A stretch of DNA of 63,977 nt, counting the filler, from Lama guanicoe (lineage: Eukaryota), in NCBI GenBank assembly GCA_013239625.1. It is 98 parts of 98 records of this genome, joined end to end, with 100 filler letters (N's around TTAATTAATTAA, not from the genome) between each part and the next. Parts side by side here need not be neighbours in the genome. Positions count along the whole stretch, not along the records: positions 38,016 to 38,431 come from PNXV01027966.1; positions 38,532 to 39,212 come from PNXV01027968.1; positions 39,313 to 40,071 come from PNXV01027970.1; positions 40,172 to 41,066 come from PNXV01027971.1; positions 41,167 to 42,106 come from PNXV01027972.1; positions 42,207 to 42,977 come from PNXV01027973.1; positions 43,078 to 43,949 come from PNXV01027974.1; positions 44,050 to 44,498 come from PNXV01027975.1; 90 more parts are not named here. One strand, written 5' to 3'. Below, one piece after another: positions 38,016 to 50,202 of this stretch (within the stretch, counting starts at the first letter, position 1; every line of letters starts with the position of its first letter). The notes beneath the pieces were generated by a model. That model did not search any database. It was not told the DNA's origin and saw only the letters and a program-made list of their open reading frames with translations. The position numbers and the translations under genes were made by a program.

Positions 38016-38431
38016 AGAGAAATCAAAATACTCATGAATGTGGACATCTGAAAAGGGACATAACATATGTGGCCAGAAGGTCTACTGGACGATTGTGTTC
38101 CATGGGAAAGCTCAGACAACATACCATTTACAAGGGCGATAAGGAATGATCTGACAGGAGAGGCACCAGCAGCGCTAAGACTGTCAGCAGTGGCTTCACT
38201 CTGTAAGCCGTGGCTGTGAGTAGGAGGAACTACTGTAAAATGTGGTTTCCTGATAGTAATGAGATCATAGGACTGCCTCCCAAACTGAGGACATGTGGGG
38301 GCGCTAACTACAAAATTTAATAGGCTGCAATTATCTTACCATCTCGCAAGGTGGAGGAGAAGCCGAGGGAGAACGCTCTCAAAGATTTCAGACACAGCAT
38401 CTCCATGGTGAAAACAGATCATCAGTCAACA
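38016..38431 (+). mobile_element. ERVL/MaLR internal gag remnant
   Basis: Translates VPWESSDNIPFTRAIRNDLTGEAPAALRLSAVASLCKP*, similar to ERVL-class gag (EGPED-PFT-AIRN-LVRGAPASL-SSVVALLC-P). Confidence 0.7.
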
Positions 38432-38531
38432 NNNNNNNNNNNNNNNNNNNNNNNNNNNNNNNNNNNNNNNNNNNNTTAATTAATTAANNNNNNNNNNNNN
38501 NNNNNNNNNNNNNNNNNNNNNNNNNNNNNNN

Positions 38532-39212
38532 CGCCTCTGTCACTGGGATTTCCTGCAAACACACCTAGCATTCCCTGGCAAAGAGACATTAGAAAAATCC
38601 CAGGAGAGACGAGCTTAGGCATTTCGTTAGAACCCACGTGCTGCCGATGGTTGGTGGAACCTCCCCACGCTCAGGATTCTGGAACCATTGTCAGTGCGTG
38701 GGGAGCTCGAGAGATATCTCCATGCAGCTCTCTTCAGTCACAGGTGTTCCCTGAACGGGGAAGTCCGAGAAAAAACTTCTCTGACCTTGGGGAGGCCGCC
38801 TCTGTCACTGGGATTTCCTGCAAACACACCTAGCATTCCCTGGCAAAGAGACATTAGGAAAAAAACCAGGGGAGTCGAGGTTACTCACTCCGTTTGTACC
38901 CACGTGCTGTCGAACGTTGGTGGAACCTCCCCAATCTCAGGAATCCGTCACCTTTGTCAGTGGTTGGGGGAGCTCGAGAGATATCTCCATGCAGCTCTCT
39001 TCAGTCACAGGTGTTCCCTGAACGGGGAAGTCCGAGAAAAAACTTCTCTGACCTTGGGGAGGCAGCCAGTCACTGGAATTTCCTGCAAAACCCCTAGAAT
39101 TCCCTAGTACAGAGACATTAGGAAAAAACCCAGGAGAGTCGAGCTTAGTCATTCCGTTAGACTCCACTCGCTGCCGACCGTTGGTGGAACCTCCCCACGC
39201 TCAGGATTCTGG
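38532..39212. repeat. Satellite family B, variant subfamily
   Basis: CGCCTCTGTCACTGGG at 38532 and 38797; private variants GAGATATCTCCATGC and GAAAAAACTTCTCTGACC. Confidence 0.95.
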
Positions 39213-39312
39213 NNNNNNNNNNNNNNNNNNNNNNNNNNNNNNNNNNNNNNNNNNNNTTAATTAATTAANNNNNNNNNNNNNNNNNNNNNNNNNNNNNNNN
39301 NNNNNNNNNNNN

Positions 39313-40071
39313 GAAACTACAAAACTTTGTCAAAAGAAATTAGACATAAATAAATGGAAATAACATCCCAAATTCATCGATTAGAAAACTTACATAGTTC
39401 AAATGTCAATAACACAACCTAAAGTGATCTGTAGATTCAATGCAAAATCCCAGTGATATTTTTTGCAGAAATAGAAAAACTCACCTAAAATTCATATGGG
39501 ATCTCAAGGGACCCCAAATAGCAAAAACAATCTTGAAAAAAAAAACCTGAAAATGGAACACTCTCACTTCCTGATTTCAAAATCTACCGTAAAGCTACAG
39601 TAATCAAAACTCCATGGTGGGTGGGAGGGAGGATAAATTAGGAGTTTGGAATTTACATATACACACTACTATATATCAAGCAGATAAAGAGCAAGGACCT
39701 ACTGTATAGCACAGAGAACTATATTCATTACCTTGTGATAACCTGTAATGGGAAAGAATCTGAAAAAGAATAGACAGAGAAATAGATATGTAGGTAGCTA
39801 GATATATAGATATGCATAACTGAATCACTTTGCTGTACACTGGAAACTAACACTTTGTAAATCAACTATACTTCAATTAAACGAAAGAAAAAAATACTAT
39901 AATATTGGAATAAAGACAGATGTATAGACCAATGGAATAGAGTAGAGAGCCCCAAAATACACCCTCAACTGTATGGTCAAATGATTTTTGACACGGGTGC
40001 TAAGACCATTCAATTTGGAAACGGCGGTCTTTTCAACCAATGGTGCTGGGAAAATTGGATATCCACATGCA
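39313..40071 (+). mobile_element. LINE-1 ORF2 remnant interrupted by a younger L1 3' end (~39619-39894)
   Basis: Host reads PDFKIYRKATVIKT, then a 3' UTR plus A tail, then YWNKDRCIDQWNRVESP. Confidence 0.85.
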
Positions 40072-40171
40072 NNNNNNNNNNNNNNNNNNNNNNNNNNNNN
40101 NNNNNNNNNNNNNNNTTAATTAATTAANNNNNNNNNNNNNNNNNNNNNNNNNNNNNNNNNNNNNNNNNNNN

Positions 40172-41066
40172 GCTTGTACCTCCCCATATATGCGTATGTG
40201 GTGGATTTGGGTACTGAAGAAAAACTTTCTATTCCCAACAAGCTAGGTGAAAGATGGCTTTCACACACAATTAACTCTCAAAACTGAGCACGTGGTGAGA
40301 CTTTCGTTCATCTAGCACAAAGAGAACAGGTTGCAGGATTAACACTTACTCTGGTTTCTCTGTCTGTTTCCTAATGCCGGTTTGAAGTTCCTGCAGCTTT
40401 CACTGTAAAACCGAGTTGGAGCTTGTACCTACCATATATATGTATGTAGTGGTATTCTCAAATGAAGAGAAAATTTGTGTTGCCAACAAGATAGGTGAAG
40501 AATGGCTTTCACACACGCTTTAATCTCTGAAATGAGCATGTGGCGAGACGTTCTTTCATCCAACACAAAGTGAAAGGTTTGCAGGAGAAACACTTACTCT
40601 GGTTTCTCTGTCTGTTTCCTAGAGCCGGTTTGAAGTTCTTTCAGCTTTCACTGTAAAGCGGAGTTGGAGCTTGTACCTATCCATGAATGAGTATGTTGAG
40701 GATTTTGCATCTGAAGAGAACCTTTGTTTTCCCAACAATTTAGGTGAAGGATGGCATTCACACACGCTTTACTCTCTAAACTGAGCATGTGGAGATTCGT
40801 TCGTTCATCTAGCACCAAGGGAATAAGTTGCAGGTGAAACACTTTCTCTGGTTTCTCAGTCTGTTTCCTAGTGCCGGTTTGAAGTTCAAGCAGTTTTCTC
40901 TGTAAAATCGAGTTGGAGCTTATACCACCCCATATATGAGTATGTGTTGGATTTGGCAACTGAAGAGAAACTTTCTGTTCCCAACAAGCTAGGTGAAGGA
41001 TGGCTTTCACACACACATAACTCTCAAAACTGAGCACGTGTAGAGACGTTCGTTCATCTAGCACAA
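40172..41066. repeat. Satellite family A, ~3.6 moderately diverged copies
   Basis: GCTT(G/A)TACC at 40172, 40421, 40669 and 40918 (periods 248-249). Confidence 0.95.
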
Positions 41067-42206
41067 NNNNNNNNNNNNNNNNNNNNNNNNNNNNNNNNNN
41101 NNNNNNNNNNTTAATTAATTAANNNNNNNNNNNNNNNNNNNNNNNNNNNNNNNNNNNNNNNNNNNNACAAGAACAACGAAGTAAAACAAAAGCCAAAGCA
41201 TAAGCACTTTTCAAGTTTCTCCTTGTGTCACATGTATTGTCTCATTGTCCAAAGCAAGTCACATGGTCAAGCCAAGTGTAAACGGACATTAGTCTTTCCA
41301 AGAACATGGACATGAACAGTTGTGAACAGCTCAAGAGCTTCAGTCAGATCTTTATATTGTACTAGTTGAACCAAATTAATATATTACTTAACACATGCAT
41401 TTCCTTTATCTATTCATTCATTGGTGTGTTCAAAAACTCGTTCGTTAAATTAATGGTAAAAGGTAGAACTGAAACACATGACATAGAATCATGTCCTAAG
41501 ACAAGTTTTCTATTCTTTACGTCTCTACTCTAATTTAAATATTTGGAATGGAATGCTTAGGTTTGCAGCAGAAAAAAGATAGGATGGCTTGTCTTCAAGT
41601 GGCATTTTGAGTCCACACACACTCACAACCATGTGAAATTAGAACAGAGAGATCCATGATGAAATACAAGAAGAACAACTTTAAGAGGTGGAAGAGAAGA
41701 TATCTTAACTTTAATATGCAATTACCCTGTATACTATCAGTTATGGTCCTATCCACTTAGAAAATTATCACATAAAAAAGGAAAGCGGAGAAGTTAGAAA
41801 AAGTGGGACTAGATATGAGAGAGATATCGAAAATTCCACTTAAGAAATAACTTCTTAACTAGTATCATTTTTAAATGATAAAATCCAGTGGTGAATATAC
41901 ACTCTGCTGAGGTAAAGTGGTAAAACATATGTGAAGTGTAGTAATGTTACACATATAGGGTGAAGAAAATGTTTCTATACACAATAATCCCACAACTAAG
42001 AAATTATCCTAAGGAAATTATTCAACACAATGCTCTCAGTTAATAATAAGCTACTTTGATAAACTGAAAGAAATTTTAGAGAAATAGCTTAAATTGTAAT
42101 TTAACANNNNNNNNNNNNNNNNNNNNNNNNNNNNNNNNNNNNNNNNNNNNTTAATTAATTAANNNNNNNNNNNNNNNNNNNNNNNNNNNNNNNNNNNNNN
42201 NNNNNN

Positions 42207-42520
42207 CAGCCCCTAGAGGCCACAACACAGCTGCCTTGCTCACCACTGCATCTCTGGAGACCAGCCCAGGGCCAGGCACAGAGTAGGCGCTTTATAAATA
42301 TTTGCTATAGAACATTACTGCTGTGTGCCAGGCACTGTTTCAGGAGCTTCGCACTCCATCGTCAGTCTTCCAGACCTCTGCAAGTATTATTCCAGTGTCT
42401 GCAGGTGACAGAACTGAGGCTCAGAGAGGAAACAATGTGCCCAGAGTAACACAGCTGGGGGGTGAGAGCAGTGAGTCTGACCTCAAAGCCTATGTCTTTT
42501 CCACTGCCTCATGTAGCCTC
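42207..42520. mobile_element. L2 3' end followed by antisense MIR
   Basis: ccaggcacagagtaggcgctttataaatatttgc (L2 tail); tgtgccaggcactgt...aactgaggctcagagagg (MIR). Confidence 0.7.
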
Positions 42521-43077
42521 TAGAAGAAGGAAAGAGAGGGAGAAAAGGGCTCTTCTGGAGCAGAAAGCAGTTCCTCTTCCCCGAGCAGCCTCTCTGAGCC
42601 CTGTTCCTACAGAGCCTAGGGCAGCCAGGGCAGCAGCTCAAAATCTCTGTCTTTAACTCTGCCCCACGTCAAAGCCAAATTTCCCCTGAGATTCTGGTCC
42701 CACCCAAGCAGGGGTCTGCCAGGCATTGGGCAGATCTTGGGGAGCCAGAGAGGGCCTTGTACTGCTAGACACCTTGAGGAGCTTGGGTCCTTCAGCCTGG
42801 GCCCTGACTCATCCACAGGGTCAAGGCCCAGCAGCTTAGCAGCCTCCTGGGTCCCCACTCCCCACCCCTCTTCCTTGGGCATCAAGTTTGCAGAAAGAGA
42901 AGGCAGACACTTGACAGAGCTGCATCCAAGGCTCCACCCCGCAGAAGTTTGCTGGCACTGTCCAAGGTCCTACATTCNNNNNNNNNNNNNNNNNNNNNNN
43001 NNNNNNNNNNNNNNNNNNNNNTTAATTAATTAANNNNNNNNNNNNNNNNNNNNNNNNNNNNNNNNNNNNNNNNNNNN

Positions 43078-43949
43078 TTTTTCAGTTGCATACTACACTG
43101 CATATATATACATGGGGATGTACAAGGTTCAAAATTGTTTAACATTAAAAAAGTCAGGAACTTTAAACTGACACTAGAAACAGACTGAGAATCTAGAGTA
43201 AGTATTTCTCCTGCAAATCGTCCATTGTGTACTCCATGGACGAACGTCTCTCCAAATGCAAAGTTCAGAGTGATTATTGTGTGCAAGCCATCCTTCACCA
43301 AGATTGAAGGATATGCAAAGTTTCTTTTCAGTTGCAAATTTCACTACATACATATATATGGGGAGGTACATCTTCCAACTCGATTTTACACTGAACACTG
43401 CAGGAACTTCAAACCGGCACTAGGAAATATTCTGAGAAACCAGAGAAAGTGTTTATCCTGCAATCCGTTCCCTTTGTGCTGGATGAAGGAACTTCAGTCC
43501 ACATGCTCAATTCTGAGAGATAATTGTGTGTGAAAGATCATCTTCACCACATAGCTTGTAGGGAAACCAATTTTCATTTCAGTTCCAATCACACTACACA
43601 CATATACATTGGGAATTACAAGCTCCACCCGGCTTTACAATGAAAACTTCTGGAAATTCTAACCGGCACTAGGATAACGACTGAGAACCCAGTGTAAGGG
43701 TTTCTTTTTAACCCGTTCTTTTAGTGCTGGATCAACGAACTTCTCTCCACATGCTCAGTTCTGAGACATAAGTGTTGGTTAAAACTGACTTTCACCTAGC
43801 TTGAAGGGAACACAAAGTTTCTTTTCAGTTGCTAACACCACTACATATTTATATAAGGGGTGGTAAATCTCCAACTCAATTTTACAATTAAAACTTCAGG
43901 AAATTCATTCTGGCACTAGGAAATAGACTGAGAAACCAAAGTAAATTTT
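43078..43949. repeat. Satellite family A, strongly diverged copies
   Basis: ttttcagttgc...ggcactaggaaa...ctccacatgctcagttctgaga motifs recur at ~250 bp. Confidence 0.92.
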
Positions 43950-45510
43950 NNNNNNNNNNNNNNNNNNNNNNNNNNNNNNNNNNNNNNNNNNNNTTAATTA
44001 ATTAANNNNNNNNNNNNNNNNNNNNNNNNNNNNNNNNNNNNNNNNNNNNATGCTGTGGGAAAACTAAAGAGTAATGATTTAAAACAAAAACAAAAACAGA
44101 AATAAAGACGGATCCTCAGTGAATCTTCTGGGATGGGTGTGGTAATCAAATGAGAAAGCAAAGAGAAATTACTCTCCTGACAGTAAGTGCTTTCAAAGAT
44201 TTGATATTGTTCCCTTGAAACAAGTGAAATCAAACAGATATTTTTTAACTTATATAAGGTATGCAAAAGGCTTACAAAAATAACACAAACCATGCTGTTT
44301 AATCCACTATATATAGTACCTTTCCTACACTGGTGTGTCCATTCCCCATGCTGGTAACTTATATGAGTACTTGCTGCATTCACTACCTTTCCATATTACT
44401 AGGTTTAGAAGTGATCATTATTTTAATTATATTCTTATTAATTTTCATCCCTGAATGCAGTAAAATTGAAAAATTAATCAGGAATAAGTGTTCTGGAGNN
44501 NNNNNNNNNNNNNNNNNNNNNNNNNNNNNNNNNNNNNNNNNNTTAATTAATTAANNNNNNNNNNNNNNNNNNNNNNNNNNNNNNNNNNNNNNNNNNNNTT
44601 AGGAATTAACCACATATTATGTCACAAAATGAGCAATAAATATAAGTATACAAAATAATTAGAAAGATATTCTGTGCTTATGGATTGTATACAATGTGAG
44701 GAGCTATTCTAATCTATCTTTTACATGTTCAATCACCCCAGCACTACTTATTGAGGAGAATGTTTTTTCTTTTATGCACTTTCTTTATGCACTTGCTTCG
44801 TTTTTAATGGGTTAATCGATTAGATGTGTGAGGGTTTATATCTGGTTGCTCTACTCTCTTCTATTGATTGGCGTNNNNNNNNNNNNNNNNNNNNNNNNNN
44901 NNNNNNNNNNNNNNNNNNTTAATTAATTAANNNNNNNNNNNNNNNNNNNNNNNNNNNNNNNNNNNNNNNNNNNNAAAGCATGCAGCAGATGAAGAGATGT
45001 TCATTCAAAAAAATCTGCTATATTTCAGTGAAAAGTGGGATTTATAATTGTGGCATTTGAGCCACAATCTTTGGTTGGCATTTTCTTTGGGTGGGAATTT
45101 CTTTTAGGGTCTGAGTTTTGGAAGCATGGGATGCTTTCTAATTGGCTTTTAAGTACATTAGTCAGTCTTTGCTCAAGTCTCTGCCCCCTACTATTTTCCT
45201 GGGGGTTTCCAGTCTGGGCAAGGTCATAAGGTTCTTCTGTTTCAGTGGGAAGAAGGTCTGGTCCGTGGCTTTGGGGCGTGTGTCTCATATAAGCAATCCT
45301 CAGTTCACACTTAGGTCATTCCCTCAACTGGGGTTGAGAGGTTGACCATTGTTTGGGTTCCTGTGGCCCCTCCAGGTTGTGAATCTGGGTCAGCTAACTG
45401 GATTAAAATTNNNNNNNNNNNNNNNNNNNNNNNNNNNNNNNNNNNNNNNNNNNNTTAATTAATTAANNNNNNNNNNNNNNNNNNNNNNNNNNNNNNNNNN
45501 NNNNNNNNNN

Positions 45511-45699
45511 GCTGAGCCGGAGCGGGCGCTGGGGCGCGCGGGCACAGGAGCCGGGGGTGAGGGGCAGGTGCAGCGTCGGACAGGTACCCCCAGCCGATGG
45601 CGGGGACGGGCAGGACCCGCACGCCAAGCACCTGTACACGGGCACGGGCACGCGCGGCATCCAGAGCGCCGCGCACTGCGTCATGTTCTCCGCGCCCTG
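45511..45699 (+). CDS. TXNDC5: TXNDC5 (ERp46)-like exon 1, partial and divergent; possibly a duplicate or pseudogene
   Basis: Frame from 45512: GRWGARAQE...PPADGGDGQDPHAKHLYTGTGTRGIQSAAHCVMFSAP(W) vs human GRWGARAQE...ADGEDGQDPHSKHLYTADMFTHGIQSAAHFVMFFAPW; GT donor at 45700 just before the WCGHC site; CpG-island context. Confidence 0.85.
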
Positions 45700-46189
45700 G
45701 TAACAGGCTGCACCCCCGGCCTGGGGCTCCACGGGGGCGGATGGGGCGCGGGGAGGCGCGGAGTGGGCGGGCGCGGTCCGGGATGGAGGGGGAGAGGGCT
45801 GTCCCTGAGGGCCCAACCGTTAAAGGCCGTCCCNNNNNNNNNNNNNNNNNNNNNNNNNNNNNNNNNNNNNNNNNNNNTTAATTAATTAANNNNNNNNNNN
45901 NNNNNNNNNNNNNNNNNNNNNNNNNNNNNNNNNTGTGCTTCCTGTGCCTCTGTTGCAGAAGTCTTTCCTGGACTTAACCACGAGCGCTCCCAGGAGAAGG
46001 CTGACTTCAAAGGCTTGAGTCTTGTGACCTAGGGGGAGCGGAGACCGCGCCCAGGCCAGGTCGCTAGGGACATGGGGAAAAATCCTCTGGCTCGCAGGGT
46101 CACCAGAGTCCTCGGTCACCATCGCCGATCCCGTCCTTAGACAGCACACCGCCTCTAGTATGTGTGTCTGCCTGAATGCCTTCCTCACT

Positions 46190-46915
46190 GCCTATTTATT
46201 GGAGGAAGGGAGAGGCTAACCTCTGAGTGTTTCTGCCTGTTTATCTACTGGAGGAGGAGGCGAATAGCATGTTTATTTCTTTGCATGCCTATGCATGTAT
46301 GTATGTATTAATCTATCTACTTATCTAACTATCTAAATATTTATCTATCTATTTATCTGTCTATCTATCTATCTATCGATCTATCAATCTAACTGTCTAG
46401 AGGAGGGAAAGGGGGTGGCTAGAGTGTGTTATTATTTTTCTATCTGTTGAAGGAGGGTTATAGTTTGTCTCTCAACCTATCTACATATTGAAGGAAGCGA
46501 AGGAGGCCAGTGTGTGTGCGTAAGCGGGTGAGGGTGCGGGACTGTCTATCTATGTATCTGTAAGTAAAGGGGGAGGAAGCAACAGTGTCTATGTATTAGT
46601 CTTTATATGCATGTACTGGAGGAGGAGAAGGCTAGTGCGTCTGTCTGTGTGTCTGTCTATCTATCAGATACATATGTCTGTACCTAAAACTAATCGAGAA
46701 GAAGGAGGAGGCTACAATGTATATCTGTCTGTGTGTCAGAGGAGATGAAGAGTAGTGTGTCTGTTTGTCTGTGTGTCTGTGAGTCTGTCTCTATGAAAAT
46801 CTACTGAAGTAGAAAGAGGAGGCCCGAGTGTCTGGCGATCTCTGTGTCTCTATAACAGGAGAAGGAAGAGGCTAGTGTGTGTATCCATCAATCTTATTGA
46901 CTATCTATATAATGG
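46190..46915. repeat. Degenerate minisatellite (purine block + GCTAGTGTGT + TCTG/TCTA block) with (TCTA)n expansion
   Basis: About 11 irregularly spaced copies of GGAGGA(G)-GGCTAGTGTGT-like motifs. Confidence 0.7.
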
Positions 46916-47015
46916 NNNNNNNNNNNNNNNNNNNNNNNNNNNNNNNNNNNNNNNNNNNNTTAATTAATTAANNNNNNNNNNNNNNNNNNNNNNNNNNNNN
47001 NNNNNNNNNNNNNNN

Positions 47016-47336
47016 GAGGAAACAGCTTAGGACTGGCTCGTTTGAATAGTGTTGGCAGGTTGTGGGGGACAGGGATGATCTCCAGTTATCCGGTACCTGG
47101 CCCCAGGTGATTTAGGGCAGGGGAACTACTGGCTGTGATTTAGATAAAGGAGGTGGTTGAGGATATGGTCTAGGGATTGGTTGATTTGTATATGAAAGGT
47201 GGGCTCACCAACAAGTTGTTTACTATTTCTAGGAATTAGCTAGCTCTGGGAGGAGCGATCCCTCCTCAGCCAGTAAGACTCCCCAAAGATGTCAAAACAT
47301 CATAAAATATAGAAAATTAAAAATATGATTAATACA
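47016..47336 (-). mobile_element. Probable ERV1-type LTR fragment
   Basis: Ends ...tgattaataca (TG start on minus); composition resembles ERV1 LTRs; family not identified. Confidence 0.45.
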
Positions 47337-48211
47337 GTGGATAAAATGCTGGCACATTAATGTAAATCAACATAAAATAGACAAACAACAAGTTTATGGT
47401 GTAGAGCACAGGGGACTATATTCAATCTCTTGTAGTAATTTATGGTGAAAAAGAATATGAGAATGGATATTCAAAAGAATATTGAAAACGAATGTATGTA
47501 TGTTAATNNNNNNNNNNNNNNNNNNNNNNNNNNNNNNNNNNNNNNNNNNNNTTAATTAATTAANNNNNNNNNNNNNNNNNNNNNNNNNNNNNNNNNNNNN
47601 NNNNNNNTAAAATATAAAAATATAAATTATTCTGAAATCTGATGATATTTTAGTGAATATTTCTCTTTATACAGTTCTTGTCATTATACAGTTCTTGTCA
47701 TTATCGATACGTTCTTCATCCAGACATTCTTAGGACCATGTATTTATAGGCAATATTGAGAATTTTCAGAAAATGTTTTCGAGCAGACATTTAGAATTTT
47801 TAAGATAATGCCTTTAAATAAAAGATTTCTCATTTATTTTTCTGTGTACTGTTCGTGCTGTTTGAATATGGTGGCTCAAATATATCAATTCTGAAAAAGC
47901 TTTTCTTTGATAATATTATCTCCATTATTATTTTTCTGGGAATGACAATAAGCATATGTTGGTTTCCTTATGCTATTTCTCTAATTCTCCTATCCTTTCA
48001 AATAACAATCTTATTACGTTATCCTTGCTGTCCTTTTTTAAAAATTAATTCTGTAGGGTTTCCCCCTACTTTGTCTTAGAAACTTTCACTTACTCTTTTT
48101 ATTAATTATATNNNNNNNNNNNNNNNNNNNNNNNNNNNNNNNNNNNNNNNNNNNNTTAATTAATTAANNNNNNNNNNNNNNNNNNNNNNNNNNNNNNNNN
48201 NNNNNNNNNNN

Positions 48212-48674
48212 CATTACAAAAAATGAATATACAGCGGGGGAAAGGAAACCAACAGACATATGAAACCGGTCATCACTAACCATCAGGAAAATGCAAGTCC
48301 AAAACACAATGAGATTTTATGTCAGTCCTGTCAGAATGACAATTATCAAAGATAACAAATATAAGTGTTGGTGAGGATGTAAGGAAAAGAACCCTGATGC
48401 ACTGCTTGAGGGAATGCAAATTTGTGCTGCCACTGTGGAAAACAGTATGCAGTTTTGTCTAAAAATTAAAAAGGAAATATAATCCAGTATTTCCATAAAT
48501 GGATATTTATTCAAAGAATATAAAAACACTAACTAGAAAAGATAAATTCAAACCTATATTTACTGCAGCATTATTTACAGTAGACAGGATACAGAAGCAA
48601 ATTAATAGCTCATCAATAGATGATGGATAAATAAAATGTGTGTTTATACTATATATATATATCTACCCATTTTT
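48212..48674 (+). mobile_element. LINE-1 ORF2 3' remnant
   Basis: catcaggaaaatgcaagtccaaaacacaatgagat...aagtgttggtgaggatgt...ccactgtggaaaacagtatg. Confidence 0.85.
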
Positions 48675-48774
48675 NNNNNNNNNNNNNNNNNNNNNNNNNN
48701 NNNNNNNNNNNNNNNNNNTTAATTAATTAANNNNNNNNNNNNNNNNNNNNNNNNNNNNNNNNNNNNNNNNNNNN

Positions 48775-49219
48775 GCAAAAGGGGGTGAGTGTGGATTTTT
48801 TTTTCCATGCTCACAGGAGCTCACCCGCTGCAGAGGAGACACTAAGCAACCAGGTAGACAGGATAACCCATTGAATGGAAGGCAGCCAACTTGCAAACCT
48901 ACCCACCTCTGCCTTTCAACCAGCTGCTCGTCATCAGAGCCACCACAGTGGCAGGGATGGAACCCAGGTATGAGCCCAGCAACGAGGTCACCTACTTGCC
49001 AAGGTGGACGTGGCTGCTGCCACGGCCAAAACCCTGAGCAGTCAGCAGCAGAGACTGAAGCTGACCCCTCGATGAGGCATGAATCTTTGAGAAGATCAAC
49101 CGGCCGTCTGGGTCAGACACCATCCATCTTGGATGGGGAACTGTTTGTCCCTCCTGAGAATGGGATGCCCGCAGGGCCTGCCTTCTTTGCGGCACTGCTG
49201 TGCCACTGCTCACAGGCTG
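48775..49219 (+). mobile_element. ERVL pol remnant (RNase H end / integrase N-terminus)
   Basis: Translates HAHRSSPAAEETLSNQVDRITH and HSGRDGTQV*AQQRGHLLAKVDVAAATAK...QQQRLKLTPR*G...EDQPA, similar to ERVL (HGGRDGGYAWAQQHGLPLTKADLATATAECP-CQQQRPTLSPRYG...GDQPA). Confidence 0.8.
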
Positions 49220-49820
49220 NNNNNNNNNNNNNNNNNNNNNNNNNNNNNNNNNNNNNNNNNNNNTTAATTAATTAANNNNNNNNNNNNNNNNNNNNNNNNN
49301 NNNNNNNNNNNNNNNNNNNCACTTCAGCTGTGTTTTCTAAGAAACCTGAGTTAAGGCAGAACTAAACTTTGCCTTCAACCACCATGGACACACTCCCCGC
49401 TCACGCCCCAAACTTCATCTCCACCCCAGACTCTCCGCCGAGCCCTCGCCCAGAGGGTCCACCTGCTGACGGACAGCTCTGCTCGGCCATTCTCTCACGT
49501 GCCTCAGACTCATCTCTAAACTGAAGCTCACAGGGCCCTTTCCTGAACATGGGGCCTTCTCCCAGGTTTGGGGGGAGGCAGACATGAAAGACACCCTGAA
49601 GGTGCTGTCAGTCTGGCTGAAGTGGGAGACAGATGGGTTAACTAACAATTACAATGGAGCGGGATGCTTACTAGTGTAAAGCAATGCAGCATGAGCGTGT
49701 GCTGAGGAGGAGAGAGCCTGNNNNNNNNNNNNNNNNNNNNNNNNNNNNNNNNNNNNNNNNNNNNTTAATTAATTAANNNNNNNNNNNNNNNNNNNNNNNN
49801 NNNNNNNNNNNNNNNNNNNN

Positions 49821-50202
49821 GAAAGAAAAATACCATATGATATCATTCATATGTGCTATCAAAAAAAAATGACACAAATGAACTTATTTAACAAAGAGAA
49901 ACAGACACATAGACATAGAAAACAAACTTATGGTTACCAGGGGGAGAAAAGGGGATGGGGAGGAATAACTTGGGAATTTAAAATTTGCAGACACTAACTA
50001 CTATATATAAAACAGATAAACAATAAGTTTCTACTGTAAAGCACAGGGAACTACATTCAGTATCTTGTAGTAAGCTATAATGAAAAAGAATATGAAAAGG
50101 AATATATCCTTGTGTATGCATGACTGAAACATTATGCTATTCATCAGAAATTGATACAACATTGAAAACTGACTATACTTCAATTAAAAAAATAAATAAA
50201 AT
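49821..50202 (+). mobile_element. Young lineage LINE-1 3' UTR with A tail
   Basis: acaaatgaacttattt...aaacttatggttaccagggg...gcacagggaactacattcagtatcttg...gactatacttcaattaaaaaaataaataaa. Confidence 0.9.
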
